64,000 bases of DNA. It comes from Mesotaenium endlicherianum. Its lineage: Eukaryota. Of this stretch, positions 48,621-62,400 are shown in pieces; the first letter of the stretch is position 1; the number at the start of each line of letters is the position of its first letter. Both the position numbers and the translations under genes were made by a program. The stretch is taken from assembly GCA_009602735.1 (NCBI GenBank), contig WELA01001736.1, positions 21,837 through 85,836 on the forward strand, given 5' to 3'. Under the pieces are notes generated by a model. The model was not told where the DNA came from, ran no database searches, and saw nothing but the letters and a program-made list of their open reading frames with translations.

Positions 48621-51600
48621 TTACGAGCTCGACAAAGACCTTATGTAGGCTCGCGGAGGCACTTGATGGCTCTTGCCGTTTGGTGGTAAAGGGAATGGAA
48701 AAGGCTTCTTGTCGGTTCCTTCAATTGACTGCGTGATGAACTCCAGCTCCTGCATGCCGATCAGAACCATGTTGCCCACAGAGTGATTCACAGGGACTAC
48801 CTTAAACCCCCAACCGAAAGTCCTACACGTAAGGATCTCACACCAAGTGAAGGAACAATATTAAGGAACGATACGAGGATAGAAGCTTGTCCCCCGATAT
48901 ACATCCTGAACTCCTATATGTCTTAGCAGCCAAATAAGCATCCTATGCATGCATCACTTACAGCGGGTACTGACCTTCAGGCCGGGACTCTGAGGCAAGG
49001 AATTGGAACGCGACATGGGTGAGCGTGAGTATGCATGCAGCCCCTGCACCAACCAACCAGACGACATATTGTCAGACTTACCGGCCTGAATGTGGGCAGA
49101 GCATAAGCCCCATATTATAATCTAATCATCCGCCGCTCCACATCATCTCAAGCAGCAGCGATTACTGCACGAGTGCATTACAATTTCAGCAGCTAATGAT
49201 GTCTGACATAGAGCTCCACAAGGATCAACCAAGCATCAACTTTAGTGTTCAATTAGGTGCCTGAACTGGCATGCATACCACACTGACACATACTCCAACC
49301 ATACATGGCTACTCAACACAGTCTCGTACAACTACACACACACACACACACACACACACATGTCACCCCCGCCTTCCCTAGTGAGCCCCACCCCGCCCCC
49401 ACAGCCCCTGTGTTGAGGGAAAACTTGGAGGGTCCAAGAAGTGCTTTTGGTCATATAACAGAAGAACACGCACCTTGACCAGCTCGGGCTGGGCATTACC
49501 CTCTATCCCCTGCATCACAAATCTGCAGAGGAGCACAATCCCCTGGTTCGCAAAGTCCTGCCAGATCAACAAGCACATATGTCAGAGAAGCCTGCCTGAG
49601 GCGTTTGCGGGACTCGGCACAGTCACCAGGATTCTTTGGCACTAAAAGGAAGCAAAGAAGGCAAGAAACAAAAGGCCCAAAACTGTACACAAAAGCCTAT
49701 CGCGTCTGCCTGCTCCACGTTCTCACTGGTGGACCGTCTCATAGCTGCATGGAGGGCATAGCAGCATGGAGGGCAGGATCAGGAGAGGAAGACGAGTACC
49801 TGCTTCTGCTCCAACGACTCAAATTTGCATTCCTGCGAAACACCACACCAAAGACGTTTGCATACAGCATGCCGAAATCAAAACGCAGGTCATGACAATG
49901 GGTCACTTAGAAGCTGCCATTGGCCTCATGGTCTTAATCCAACGGCTCCTCCAAGACGAACATTCAAACAAATTTGATTCAGTCCGCTACAACTGAGATG
50001 CCTAAAAAATTGGCCCCCCAACAACATGGTGCAAAGGAGGCCCTTGTGCAGCTGCGTTACAGAGGAGGCAAAGAACAGTCAGACACTTGCAGCAACAGGC
50101 ACGCAAGCAGACGCGCAAGCGGCTAAGATAAATAAGCAACGTACCAGTCCCTCCACGATCTGTTGCACGCTTGATACGTTGTCACCAACCTGGCCCAGAT
50201 GGCCCCTCACTTCTATCACCTGCAGAGTCGAGTAGAAAACAGATTCCATCACTCATAATGCACAACGCATGCAGCATCCGTCGCAGGGATTTTTCTCCAT
50301 AGTATCAGCTACTCCTAGAATCCATCCCCCCTGCACTAATCTCTGACTACTGAATTGCTTGTGGAGAAGATGCGCTTACCTCTTGCTTGATAAGTCCTTG
50401 GACCTCTATGCTGTTATCTAGCGACTTGGTCACGACGTCCAGTCGCCCCGCCAGATGCCGCCTTGTGGACTGCATCCACAGCCAAGAGATAGGCATGCCC
50501 TGTCATCAACAATGGATGACGGGGAAGCACAGAGGACCCCAAAGAGCCCAAAGGACACCTGATGGTGCAAGCTATAGCAGTAGCGGACGAGCACAGGCAA
50601 GGTGACAGAGGGCTGAGGAAGCACACACCGCAAGCGCTCCTGAGACTTGCTCCAGCTGCTTGGTGACAGAGGAGACTGCATTCGACATGCCGCGCTTTGT
50701 CACGTACATCAAGTCTCCAAATTTGAAGCCCTGCAGATGTACATGATTGCACATAGGCTCTCAGAAAAAAACTACAAATGATTTCCCCCCCTTCCCCTCA
50801 TTTTGCCTCTGTCAAGTGCATCTTTCAGGAGCTAGCTCTAAGAGACACCAAAAATGTCAAAAAAAACTTCTTGCGCATGCAACATTCTAACAATGTAAAT
50901 CAGTGGAACGACAAGAAAATACTGCCAAAGCTAAAGCACCAACATACTTATGAGCAGGAAAGTTCCTAGACTAGCCCACCTTCCACCACATGTAACCATA
51001 ACCTGCAGCTCCCAGCACAGCTACAGGGGTCACATAGGACAGAATACTGCCTCCTCCTGCATATGAGACAAGGAATCCTCATCAGTAAAGTGCTTAGCTT
51101 TAGCTATCTGACATTCTGCATACCGCATGAACATTACAAACAAAACACAGTACGCCATGTGGCATATCAGACTACATCTTTCAGGCAGAACAAGGGGGGC
51201 CCAGGTTAAAAAGACACGTATAACTCAGCCTTCAAGAAGGATAACAGACTCGACGTCTGCATGCATTTTCTCCCATATGCGAACATCACACTGAACCCAG
51301 CTATCCTCGTCAAATCGTTGCAAGCTCACACGCATGCATAACTACGCTGTTGAGAGAAAGTACGGCCTATGCCTCAGCCGACACAATCCAAGTGAAACAC
51401 ATGACTGCACAAAACATGATGTCGAGAAAGTGACAGCATTTCTGACCTAAAACATCAGGCGGCACAAGGGCCTCAAAGTATACAGTTCAAGAAAGACAAG
51501 GGAATATCAAATTAATTCTGTAAGCTTGCAACTAAACTAGGTGGCGTCATGGATGCTCACTTTCACCGGTGCTAATGACTGTTACAGGTCTTCCCCATTG

Positions 51601-52610
51601 ATGCTGCATTTGCCCAAGATGCATGGACAGTCTCCGGACCTACAGCACACACCACGACACACAAGCTTTCAGACATAAAATCATCGATAAGCAACGTAGC
51701 AACCAATATCAAAACAAGGCTAGACATATTGGTGTGGTAGACCCATACGTACGGCTCCCTAGATACGCTATCTCCACCGAGAAGAATATAACACACGATT
51801 CTTTCAGCCTTAGACAACAACCCTAAAACTTCTGTCCTAGATTGCTAAGCCCACAATGTATTGTCAGAGTGGACAGCAACTACTGTTTGGTGCATCTGAC
51901 TGACCATATACCTGCTCATAGTAGCCCTCATGACTTACGTCCAACCTCGTTCAGACTGGCCATGTAGTTGAGTCATAATGGCTGATAATTCTCTTGCAGA
52001 TGCAGCATCTATTTCTACCCAAGCTTAGTCGATGGGAGTATGATTGTAACAGGATCCTGGTGGCAGCTCACCTCAGCACGAAGAGCAGAATCAGCACCTC
52101 CAGCATCCCCACCCTCACCTGGTTCCTTCAGATGCTTCATAAGCACCTGTAACATAGGGTCATGTCAGCAAGGATAAACATGACACAGCAGGCAAGTGAC
52201 AGTAAAGCCTCGATTGCATCCTTTCTTCAGCAAAGCTATAAATATTTAAGCCAGCTGCCCATAGAGGTAGTAAAGTTCAGTAAAGCTGACCTTACTGAGG
52301 TCCGAAAGAAGCTCGGCTATATGCGTGTTTCCGAGGAGATATGAACCCGTAACCCCTGCTCCCACGATGATAGTAACAAGGTTATGAAGTCGTAAAGCAG
52401 CTGTTTTGGTACCTTACAGTGGCGGATCAAATCGGCAGAACTCTATCAACACTTAGCTTGTTCGGAAGAAAACAACAGGACGAGCCGCGATAACTTTGAG
52501 GTTCATTTAAGCATGCCAGCCCCTACCCTACCAGTGCAAGGATGATGTAAGATACCTGCTCCAACAAGGAATAACAACTTGCCTCCCATGAACCCCGCCT
52601 GAAGGGCCAT
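48621..52610 (-). CDS. DUF1664 family (plant bZIP-like coiled-coil) protein, 310 aa
   Basis: Twelve in-phase exons: 52610-52556, 52355-52291, 52146-52072, 51639-51561, 51056-50980, 50730-50629, 50469-50380, 50219-50145, 49832-49800, 49557-49474, 49043-48975, 48749-48621. Signatures KLLFLVGAGVTGS, GAAGYGYMWWKGFKFGDLMYVTKRGMSNAV..VTKQLEQVS and QDFANQGIVLLCRF. Confidence 0.92.
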
Positions 52611-53863
52611 GGTGGACGATCCTCTACCTACTGCCTGTCTCTAAGAGCTAAGTGCGTTGCAAAATTCACTCGATGACCAACGATACACTACTAACCAATT
52701 CTACATCTCAAACTGAGACGCGAGGTCCACACCACGATTATATCTAGACATTTTACACCTCCATGATACATGCAAGGTACACCACATGGTTCATCCTATG
52801 CGAGGCAAACGTGCCGCTAGGTAACTCTTGCCTTCAGTCCCACATCTTTTTCCTTTGGAAGCATGTGGAAGCATGCTGAGATACACGGTGTGCTTTGTGG
52901 AGAATCATTTCTGAGGCGTCAGTCAATTGCGATGTTGGTGTAAACACCAGAATCCATCACATGCATAGTAGGGACTCGGTAATTCAATAATTTGTTACCT
53001 CCCGCTATTCGGTACTCTCACTGCCGGCCCCCGAGGGCCCGCTAGCCTTGGCCGCTTTTGCTGGCCTTCCAAATTATTCACCTGGCGCTTTCTTTCAGAC
53101 CAAAAATATTATCGCGACTATAATAATTGGTGTAGTGGAACTTATACAGGCATTTAAACAGGCATTGTGTTTCCTCCGTTACCCACCACCGTCCCCCCTC
53201 GAAGAAGCTGCTACTTTAAACACTGGAATTTACACGCAGATCACACGCTCGAACAGCAAGTCTCACGAGTTATGTCATGCATGGGCTTCGTTTCCCCCAT
53301 TTTATTCCAGTTAGTTGATTCAGTCGCGGATCGAACAGCGTCGAGGTACATGAGATCGACGCCAATGGTGACGACGTTCAACAGTGGCCTACGACGCGTC
53401 GCACCAACTTTGTTGTGCATGGTCCAACGATTCCAGGCGGTAAGATGTTTCCCAAACTATGTTTGTGCAGCAATCGATTCTCGTGTGAAAAGAAGTTCTT
53501 CCGTTTGCTGAGCTGCTCAAGCAGTGGCGTGTTGAATATGAACTTCGAAACTCACTGTAATACTTTGGTCCAGCTAGTTATGGAATGAATGACCTTCAAG
53601 CCACACAAGCCCTGATGTCAACGCGGCCAAGAAGATGGTCGCGGCGTTAGAGTTCTTAGGTAGAGGTACCTCTAGCTAATCATGAGTGGGCATCTAGCAA
53701 GTGGGATTGCCATTTTCAAGGGATTGTTCTTGTCCTGAAAATTATGTAAGTCTATGAGTGTATTGACTTCTATAAATTTAGTATATGACTTCATGTCTAA
53801 GGAGGCAGGATTTGCGCACACGTCCGCATCTGGCATACTAGCCGGCAAGCATTAAAAGTAAAC

Positions 53864-54483
53864 ATGGTCATGGAGCCAGGTGATAGGCTACTACTTAGTT
53901 GGACCTTGTTCCAGCGCATCTCAAGATATACACGCCCTCCTTCCCTAGTCCCCTTCGTTGTAGCTAATGTTGCTGGATTTTACACAGGCCTCGTTCTGGC
54001 TGCAATCACGGAGCAGTTATACAAGGTATGCTTCTACCGCAAGCTTGATGCACTCTGGTAGGTGTGAAATGTAAGAGAAAACAGTCGACCCTTCCTTGCA
54101 CCCATGTCCTTGGCAGTCGGGCTGTTAATTGCATGTTAATGATTTGCAGCTCTTCATGGCACCTGACAGTATCTTCCTACTTCCTGCTTCTTAGACACTT
54201 CCTTGAAGTTGTAGTACTGTGTCCTGGTCTGCGTGTTGCTAATAGGGCAGGTGCTTTCGCCTAAAGACACAAACTATTGCCCTATGTGTTGTGATGTCTT
54301 AGCACTTGAATGTCAAACGTTTAGAGATGTGGTTGTGATTTAGTAAGTGGTGGTATTTCAAATTTGCAGGAAAAATACTGGGAAGACCATCCTGGTGAAG
54401 CAGTGCCAGTGATGAGGCCCTGGCTTTATTATGGAAAGTATCACATTCGTAGAGAAGACTTTGCTGACGGGGAGTCAAAATGA
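53864..54483 (+). CDS. Small conserved plant protein resembling Arabidopsis EMB2752 (At4g29660), 91 aa
   Basis: Exons 53864-54025 and 54370-54483 give YTRPPSLVPFVVANVAGFYTGLVLAAITEQLYK|EKYWEDHPGEAVPVMRP, matching the family signature as recalled. Confidence 0.85.
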
Positions 54484-55181
54484 GGCTAACCAGGGAATAT
54501 CTAGTTTGTGTATATATGACACAATCATTCTGTTAATATGCAGGTCTTAAGTTGGGGCAAAACAAACAGTACGGTTGAATAGATGATTTTCACTGGCTGT
54601 AATAAACTGGTGAGGTATGATTGTCATTAGCTTTACTGGTGGTAGTGTATGATGGCGAGAACAATTTTTTCAGCAATCTGTTGGAAGGTTGAGCTTAAGA
54701 TGTTCATCCCCTTTTGGTGTCTTACTTGCACACATTACAGCGAGTTCAGTATTTTTCAATCACACTACCTTGCTATTGATAGTCATTGAATTATAAATTG
54801 ATGATACAAGAAAGCCCCAGTACAGTCTAACTTGCAAAAAAAGAAAAAAGCTGTTCTCAAGGTATTATAGGTCCGATAGAACCATCACATGCAGTATGTA
54901 CTACATATGCAACTGAGTTTCTCTTGATCTAAATAGAAATATCAATTTGAGCAATACAGGCAAAAAATATGGTCACAGAGATTCTACCAGTCGATAAACA
55001 CAAATATGGTTGAGAGTCTTTGCCATCACTAGAACTCTTCTCAAAGAGAAAGGAAGCTCACTGTTGCCACCCATGGAGATGTACCTTCTTCTCCACGAAG
55101 GTACATGAGATAAGAGGGTACAATCTGGTTTTCAACAACTTAGAAGGTAAGCGCAGGACATAGGCACGTATATATATCAAA

Positions 55182-56567
55182 TTAGTCAAATAATCTTTCT
55201 CCTGTCGCAAAAGCACAAAAAATAACTGAGCTCAAGACGCAGAGAATAGCTGGAGTGGCAAAAACCAACTTCCAACCGTCTCGATCTGAGCTACCCTCCT
55301 TGGAAGCCTCAAGAATGAGCCCAGTAGCAGCTACCCCGACCACCCCTGCTATAGTCCCCGCAGTATTAGACACGCCCATTACTATGCCAGCATATCTTGG
55401 AGCTATGTCCAGGTGATTGACAGCAAAGCCTGCTCTAGCTAAAGCACAGGCACCTAGGGCGACTGAGGAGCAAAGGACAGCTCCGCTCACTGAGGCTAAG
55501 TGTGGCATCACCATCAATGCTACTGCTGCGGCTGCAAAACCTATAGTATTCAGAAGCTTCCTCGTGTAGGTCACGGAACATATCCTTTTTGTGATGAGGT
55601 GGTCTGCAATAACGCCTCCTACATTTGAGAATATAAACATTACAAAGTAAGGGAGCATCTTTGAGAAGCCCATGTTGCTGAGACTTGCATGTAGCCCTTG
55701 GTCAAAGTACGTGGGGAGCCAGTTCATGAGGACATATAAGGCATAGTGGAAGGTAAAGTTGTTGACGACGATAGCCCACACTGGCCAGCTTAAGAATATC
55801 TTGACCCAGGGTATCGACTGCTCCTTGGGAGCACCTTTCCGTTTTTGAGGGACGCTTTCATGGTCGACTTTTCTCTTTGTTGGGCTAATCAGTGCAACTT
55901 CACCAGACTCCTCAGCATGTGCATGCTTCTGCTTCTCTGGCACCTGAGGGGCAAAGCTTGTGGCACCACCAGGGGGGTCTGTTGAGTACCGCATCCACAT
56001 GACAGCCCATGCAGCCCCCAGAGCTGCTACAAGCTGGAAGACAGACTTCGGACCTCTTGATGCAACTAGCCCTGGAAGGAAGAGCATAGCAACTGCTGCT
56101 CCAAAGTACATTCCTGAAGTGGTGAGGGACACAGATCGTGACCGTTCATGGGGAGGGATCCACTGTGCTAAAGTGGTATGAATGGCAGGAAATATAAATC
56201 CTTGAGCTACACCTACTAGGAGGCGGGTAATAACAAGACCAAAAATCGGTCCCGGCTCAGTAGGGGTAAGTATACAGGTGATGGACCACAGGATAAAGGA
56301 CAAGAGTAGCACCCGGCGTCCACCAAACCTCTGTGCAGCCCAGCCCCCAGGGACCTGCGAGCTGGCATATCCATAGTAGAAAGCCGAGAGAACCCAGCCC
56401 TTTGTGGCCTGATCTACTCCTGACCGGATGGCTGTGGAGGTATACGCAACAGAGAACCCAACTCGCTCTATGTAACAGACACAAGTACACAAGAACGTCA
56501 ATAAGACTGTCACATAGCGCTGGGGTATTCCAAATGAAGTAAGACGTCTTTCTTTAAGAGTGTCCAT
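55182..56567 (-). CDS. PHT4;6: MFS/SLC17 anion (phosphate) transporter, PHT4;6/ANTR5-like, intronless CDS
   Basis: IPQRYVTVLLTFLCTCVCYIERVGFSVAY, SQVPGGWAAQ, RLLVGVAQGFIFPAIHT.LAQWIPPHERSR, NNFTFHYALYVLMNWLPTYF, and AVNHLDIAPRYAGIVMGVSNTAGT. First in-frame ATG at 56567. Confidence 0.92.
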   Translation of the reverse strand: MDTLKERRLTSFGIPQRYVTVLLTFLCTCVCYIERVGFSVAYTSTAIRSGVDQATKGWVLSAFYYGYASSQVPGGWAAQRFGGRRVLLLSFILWSITCILTPTEPGPIFGLVITRLLVGVAQGFIFPAIHTTLAQWIPPHERSRSVSLTTSGMYFGAAVAMLFLPGLVASRGPKSVFQLVAALGAAWAVMWMRYSTDPPGGATSFAPQVPEKQKHAHAEESGEVALISPTKRKVDHESVPQKRKGAPKEQSIPWVKIFLSWPVWAIVVNNFTFHYALYVLMNWLPTYFDQGLHASLSNMGFSKMLPYFVMFIFSNVGGVIADHLITKRICSVTYTRKLLNTIGFAAAAVALMVMPHLASVSGAVLCSSVALGACALARAGFAVNHLDIAPRYAGIVMGVSNTAGTIAGVVGVAATGLILEASKEGSSDRDGWKLVFATPAILCVLSSVIFCAFATGERLFD

Positions 56568-57433
56568 GTTCTTCGATGCGAGGCCCTCAGCCCATGCTGA
56601 TGTTGTCGACACTTCGACCACATTCGAAGCTCAAACACTACATATTCTACTCACATTCTGTTTCCGAGATATCATGCCTCGCTTTCCCCGATCCAGCTAT
56701 TATGCCTTCCGAACCGATATTTAGATAGTTGTGCTGAACTCCGACGAAGAATGACAAAACCTTGGTCCTTCAGTTTGGTCAATGAATCATGCATGGATGT
56801 TAGGAGTTGTACTGTGTACCCTGGAACCTGGGGTCAGTGCCAAAGAACACCTTGGCGATGAGAATTTTGATTTATTTGCAGTTCTTCGCATTTTACCAGC
56901 ATTTTGTATATATAGCAGCTGCGAGAAAGTAGTGACCTGAAAGCCCCCCGGAATATATCTTAATGTCACGTTAATTTACTGAAGTGTTAAAATTGAGAAG
57001 TCAAGTACGGACCAGCGAAAATGGGCGAGAGTACGAGAAAGAACTTGGAAAGAACGACATTCTTGATTTCCACGTGCTTTTACGACTAGTACGGTCAGAT
57101 ACGGCTAGAGTCGTGCCCCCACATGCCCTTCCTGAAAGCTTCCACTTATGACGAAGAATACATTTGTGTCGGGAAAAAAGGTTGACCATGTTCAATAATA
57201 GTCTCTGACGCATACAGCAGACGTGAGTCATGGCTCCTCCGAGCTGTTTCCTCTATTAACTTTAGAATGTAGATGTTTGTGCCAACAACTTGACCATGTC
57301 AATAGCGTCTCAGGTGCATGCAGCAGGTGTCGAGAATCTAAGAGCCTAAGAGCTACTGTACTTTTGGATTTCTTCTGCGTTAGTTTCAGGTGGCCCAGGT
57401 GATGAAGTCGATTTAAGGAATTGACGAGCAAAG

Positions 57434-58820
57434 ATGCGAGTGACATCAGACAGTGTGCTCGTAGTGCCTCCTTTTGAATGCGCCTGGCTTGCTGGAGAAG
57501 GTCTTCAGTTCCAGGAGAAGGGCTCAGGTTGTGTGAAGTTCGAAGCTCAGGCGTCTAATGACGTTACAGTGGTGTTTAGAGAGGACACGACTTTAGGGCA
57601 CTACAGAACAGACGCCTCGGGCCGCAGCTATACGGTGGTCCTGGGGAGCCACCGGAATAAGCGGCTACGCATAGAAGTAGACGGCCAGCATGTGCTCGAT
57701 GTGCCTGGAATGGCAGTCAGCTCCCAGCACTTTCAGCACTTCTGGATCGACATCTGCAACGGCTCGATAACAGTGGGGCGGGGGGAGCCTGGCACCAACA
57801 TTGCAGCCAACTGGAAGGACCCTGAGCCCAACACCAACATCCAGTATGTCGGCCTCAGCAGCTGGGACAAGCACGTGGGCTATAGGAGCATCAAGGTGCT
57901 CCCCACCCTAAGCTCCATCAAGAGCCTCAAAACGGGCGACCTGCCGTCCTTCCGCCTGTTCTGGGGCAGCCAGCAGCTGGCAGACATCTCGCTGGAGGCT
58001 GGGGAGCCCCCAGAGGAGCTGCTGGCGCACTCCATTGCCGTCAGCTGCGGCTGCCCGCTGCTCGCAAACGACGATGCACATTCCACTCTGCTTTCGGGAA
58101 GGGTGGTTATCGCTGGCGCTGACATGGACAGTCTGAGGAGCGTCCTGCAGTATGTGTACACAGGCACCACGCAGGTCTGCCATCTGTCCCTCTCTTGTCA
58201 CGCTAAACGTGTATGAGGCTACCAGTCACTTCTGTTGTGTGCCATGTGCCTCATTTTGGGGTAGCAATCGCATTCAGGGCAGCTGCCCAGTGTTTTATGT
58301 GCCAAGGAGGACAGCTGTCCCTCTCCCGTCTGCTCTGAGACCCTGCAAAGCATAGGTGCTGCTCCTGTGTAAACCGGGCAAAACAAGGCAGCTGTCTCGT
58401 GCGCAGGAAGGACACCTGTCCATGTCGTCGCCTGCTCTCTGCCCCTGTGAGGCGTAGATGCTGCTGCCTGCGCAAACCGGGTGGCTGGGCGGCACTTGCC
58501 GTCAGTTGTCAGCTGCCACCTGCAAGCGACAGACGCCCCCTATGCCAGTCTTCGTTGAGCCGAGCTGAGCTGAGGTGGCGACGTGGCTGACCTGCAGGTG
58601 CTGCCTGCACACCTGGCAGCCGTGGAGGCCTTGAGCGCGCGCCTGGGCACCTTCAGCCTCGCAGAGGAGTGCCAGAGGGCCCGCCAGGAGCATGAGCGTG
58701 TGACAGCTAGCTGCGAGAGAGAGGACCGCAGCAAGGGGGCCGACTGCTGCACTAGCAGCAGCAGCAGCAGCAGCAGCCGCCTCCAGCCGGAGGAGGCTGC
58801 CACGCCGCCAGCCGCCGCCA

Positions 58821-58856
<36 letters not shown>

Positions 58857-59398
58857 GTGCCGCCGCCCCCGCTCCTACTACTGCTGCTGCTGCCGATGGT
58901 GCTGCCGGTGCTGCCGCCGCCGCTGCTGCTGCTGCTGCTGCCGCCCCCGTGGAGGTGGCAGCGAGTGCGGACGACTTGGATGCGTTGGGCGCGGTGGCGC
59001 GGCTGCTGGGGGTGCCGCTGGACGGCGTGCGGCTGGCGCGCTTCCATGCGACGGGCGACGGCAGCGACGTGGTGCTGCAGGTGGAGGGGAGCAGCAGGCA
59101 GAGGAGGCAGAGGAGGCAGAGGAGGCTGCGCGCGCACAAGGCCATCCTTAGCGCCTGGAGTGCCCCCTTTGCCAGGGTTGGTGGCGGCTCTGCTCTCCCC
59201 CTTCTCCATAGGCTCTTCTCTCCCCCCCCCCTCCGCCCCCTGCTTCCTTCCCCCCTTCTTCCCTTCACTACGCTGCCTCAGCCCTCTTTCCACCCTGACC
59301 CTTGCCTTCGAAGGAAGATATGCTCGTATGCACGCCCACACACGCAGACGCACACACACACACGCAGACGCACACACACACGCAGGGAGACACACGCA

Positions 59399-59456
<58 letters not shown>

Positions 59457-62400
59457 CATATTTTCGCAGGCACATATGTGTGTAAGCGGCCATGCATGTT
59501 GTTGCACGTGCGGGCTGGTGCTGCCGATGATGGTGATAATGCAGCCCCTTGCTCGTGGCACCCCCTCCTCCCCACGAGCTGCAGAGGCTCTGCTGGGACA
59601 ACTCCACAACTTCGTAAGCGTCAGGACCGCGGCTGCCTTTGCTCTGGAGCGATAGGGTAGTGTCCCTCGCCAGCTGGTGATGCCATGCCCGCTAAGTCAT
59701 CATCACCGTCAACGCCATTATCATCATCACCATCATCTGCAGCAGCAGCAGCATGGTGACGGGTCCACCGGGCCGCAGAACTCTGCCTGGATTGACGGAT
59801 TGACAGATTGACGGATTGAAGGGTTGATGATTGAGGGCCAAGATCTGATCGTCTGAAGCAGAGGTGGTCTCCACGCACGCCAGCCACATGCCCCGCTCAA
59901 CCAGCCATCCCGGCTGGGCGGCATAGCAGTCCGTCGGCCACCGGCTGCCTGCCACCTGTCCAGCTCCCGCCTCCCACCCCCTTCCCGCAACTCACGACGA
60001 GCGTGCATGCTTGTGCGCGGGCTCCATGTGTGCTCACTTCCTCGCTCGCTTGCTCGCCTGAATAAACGCTCGCGCGCGCCCGCAGATGTTTCTGGGCGGC
60101 ATGCGCGAGAGCCAGAGCTGGGAGGTGTGCCTGGCTGACGTGGCGCCGCCCGCCGTGGAGGCCATGCTGGCCTTCATGTACCGCGGCGAGCTGACGCTGC
60201 CGCCGCCGCCGCCGCCCGCTGACGAAGCGGAGGAGGCAGTCCCCCCCCACCTGCTGCTGGCGGAGGTGCTGGCGCTCGCCGACCGCTACGCCATCGGGCC
60301 CCTGCATCAAGCCACCTGTCAGAAGCTCCTGGAGTGCGTCAACGAGGTAACCCCCCTTTCCTCACTCCCTCCTTCCCTCCTCTAACTGGCCAGCACACCA
60401 ACTGTTTGCCTGTGTGCTTGTGCCTCTGCGCCTCCGCTGCTCGCTTTACGCTTGCTCGCTCGGCCTCGAGCATGCTTGCTTGCTGACGTGGCAGCTGGTC
60501 AACACAAACGGGGGATGCTCTGACGCCTGCTTCGGGCTGTCTCGGCTCGGTCATGCTGGTGCAGCCAATTCCAGTGAGCGCCACATGGCATGCACACAGC
60601 TCTCCTGACAGCCTTTTCATGTTTGGGGTTCTTGCTCATCCACGCGCCCAGTGCATGCCGTCTGTTCTGCGCCAAGATGACACACAGCCGTTTTTTCATC
60701 CATATCTTGGCACACATGATCATCCGCCGTGTTTCGAAAGTGGACACACGCGCGTGTGCTGTACGTGTGCGCGTGCGCGCGCGTGCCTGTGGCTGTGCTT
60801 TGTCGGCATGCGTGTAGTGACTTCTCGTGGCCTCCCGTGGCTTACCTCCTCCTGCTCCTGCTGGCTGCTGGCTGCTGGCTGCTGGCTGCCAAGGACGCTC
60901 TTCATGCTCTCATCCCACCTGCCACCCGGCTGTCGTGGCTCCGGCCGCCCACGGGCCTTTATTTCTCCCTTGGTGCAGCTGCCGCCATGGGCGAGCGCGC
61001 GCGCGCTGCTGCAAGGGGGAGCTCTTTATGTCCTGGTAGTGCTGAAAACGCCGACGCACGCCTTTCCCCTCTCTCCGTGTGACTGCTGCCGCAGGAGAGC
61101 GCGTGTGCACTGCTGGCGGCCGCCACGGCGCTGCCCGGGTGCGAGGAGCTGCAGGCGGCGTGCGAGGAGGCGTGCGCCGAGCACTTCGACGCCTGCAGCG
61201 CGCCGCCAGCTGGCGAGTTCCGCAGCCTCGACGCCGCCTCCGTCTCCCGCATCCTGCAGGTGCCCCCCCCCCCCCTTTCTGCTCCCGCTCCTGCTCCTGC
61301 ATGGGGTCCTGCTCCTGCTTCTCCAGGGGGCAAGCGTGCAAGCGTGCACCGACCCAGCCCCTGCTGCCAGCTGTCTGTCACCGCGGGGCAAGGGGCGGTT
61401 GCGGCTGGTTGTTGGACTGTGTCATGAAAGGAGGGGAGGAGGCGCACAGCTCCCCCTTCTCTTTTTCTCTCTTGTTTTTTTTGTTGGGGCCATGGACTGT
61501 ATGCGTCAGCGCGTCTGATGCCAGAGCCGTGCTCATGAGCCCCTCCCCCCTCCCCCCTCCACGAGATGGATGCAGAGGAGGAGCAGCTGTGTGCACTGTG
61601 CTGTAGTCGTGAGCTCGCACCTCCCTTTCGTTCTCTCTTGTGCTGCCAACTGGCCTTTGTAAGCCGAAGTAAGAGTGAGCTGGGGAGGAGGAAGAAGAGG
61701 ATCTGACACGTCTCGTTTTGAACGAGACAAGATAAGAGCAGGGGTGGGGGCTGAGGTGGCGGTGCTCCTGCTCTCGCTGCGCGTCTCCGGGGCGGACTGT
61801 GCGGCATATCTTTCTCTTTCTTTTTTGGTGGAGGTTTGCCGGAAGCTGCCTTTGAAAGGATTTGCACCCTTATGCAGCTCCTGTTGCATGACACTGGTCT
61901 GCCAGTCAAGCGCACCCACATGTGCACGTACTCTGAGCTCATGGAGGTCCCTCCCCCCCCCCNATGTGCACGTACTCTGAGCTCATGGAGGTCCCCCCCC
62001 CCCCCCTCTCTCCGCCCCAAACTCTAACCCCATTCCTGGGCCCTACACTCTTAGTCTTATACACAACTGGCTGCTGCTGCTTTTGGACCCTCTCCGTTGA
62101 TTTTGAGCTCATGGAGGTCCCTTCCTCTTTGCCTGGAAACCCTAACGATAACCCTAACTCTATGTCCTGGCCCTGAATTGGAACAATCAGCTGCTGCTGC
62201 TCTGGACCCTCCCCGTTGGCGTTGAGCTCATAAAGGCCCCCCTTCTGCCGCAAACCCTAACTTAGCGCGTGCACACACACACACACACATACACACACAC
62301 ACGCACGCGCACACATACACATGCGCGCATGCACTGACAGAGAGACACGCATAAACTCGCACACATGCGCACGCACTTCATGCAACGAGTCAAAGGTGAG

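Noticed and set aside
58502..59660. Antisense and alternate-frame ORFs rich in VC/HT/A repeats
   Set aside because: Produced by (CA)n and (GCN)n microsatellites and high GC; shadows of the BTB exon.
61920..62006. Tandem 43-bp duplication atgtgcacgtactctgagctcatggaggtccc
   Set aside because: The copies are separated by a single n beside poly-C, so this is most likely a contig-overlap artefact.
62130..62262. aaccctaa motifs suggesting interstitial telomere repeats
   Set aside because: Only three or four scattered units within a small intronic duplication; not an array.
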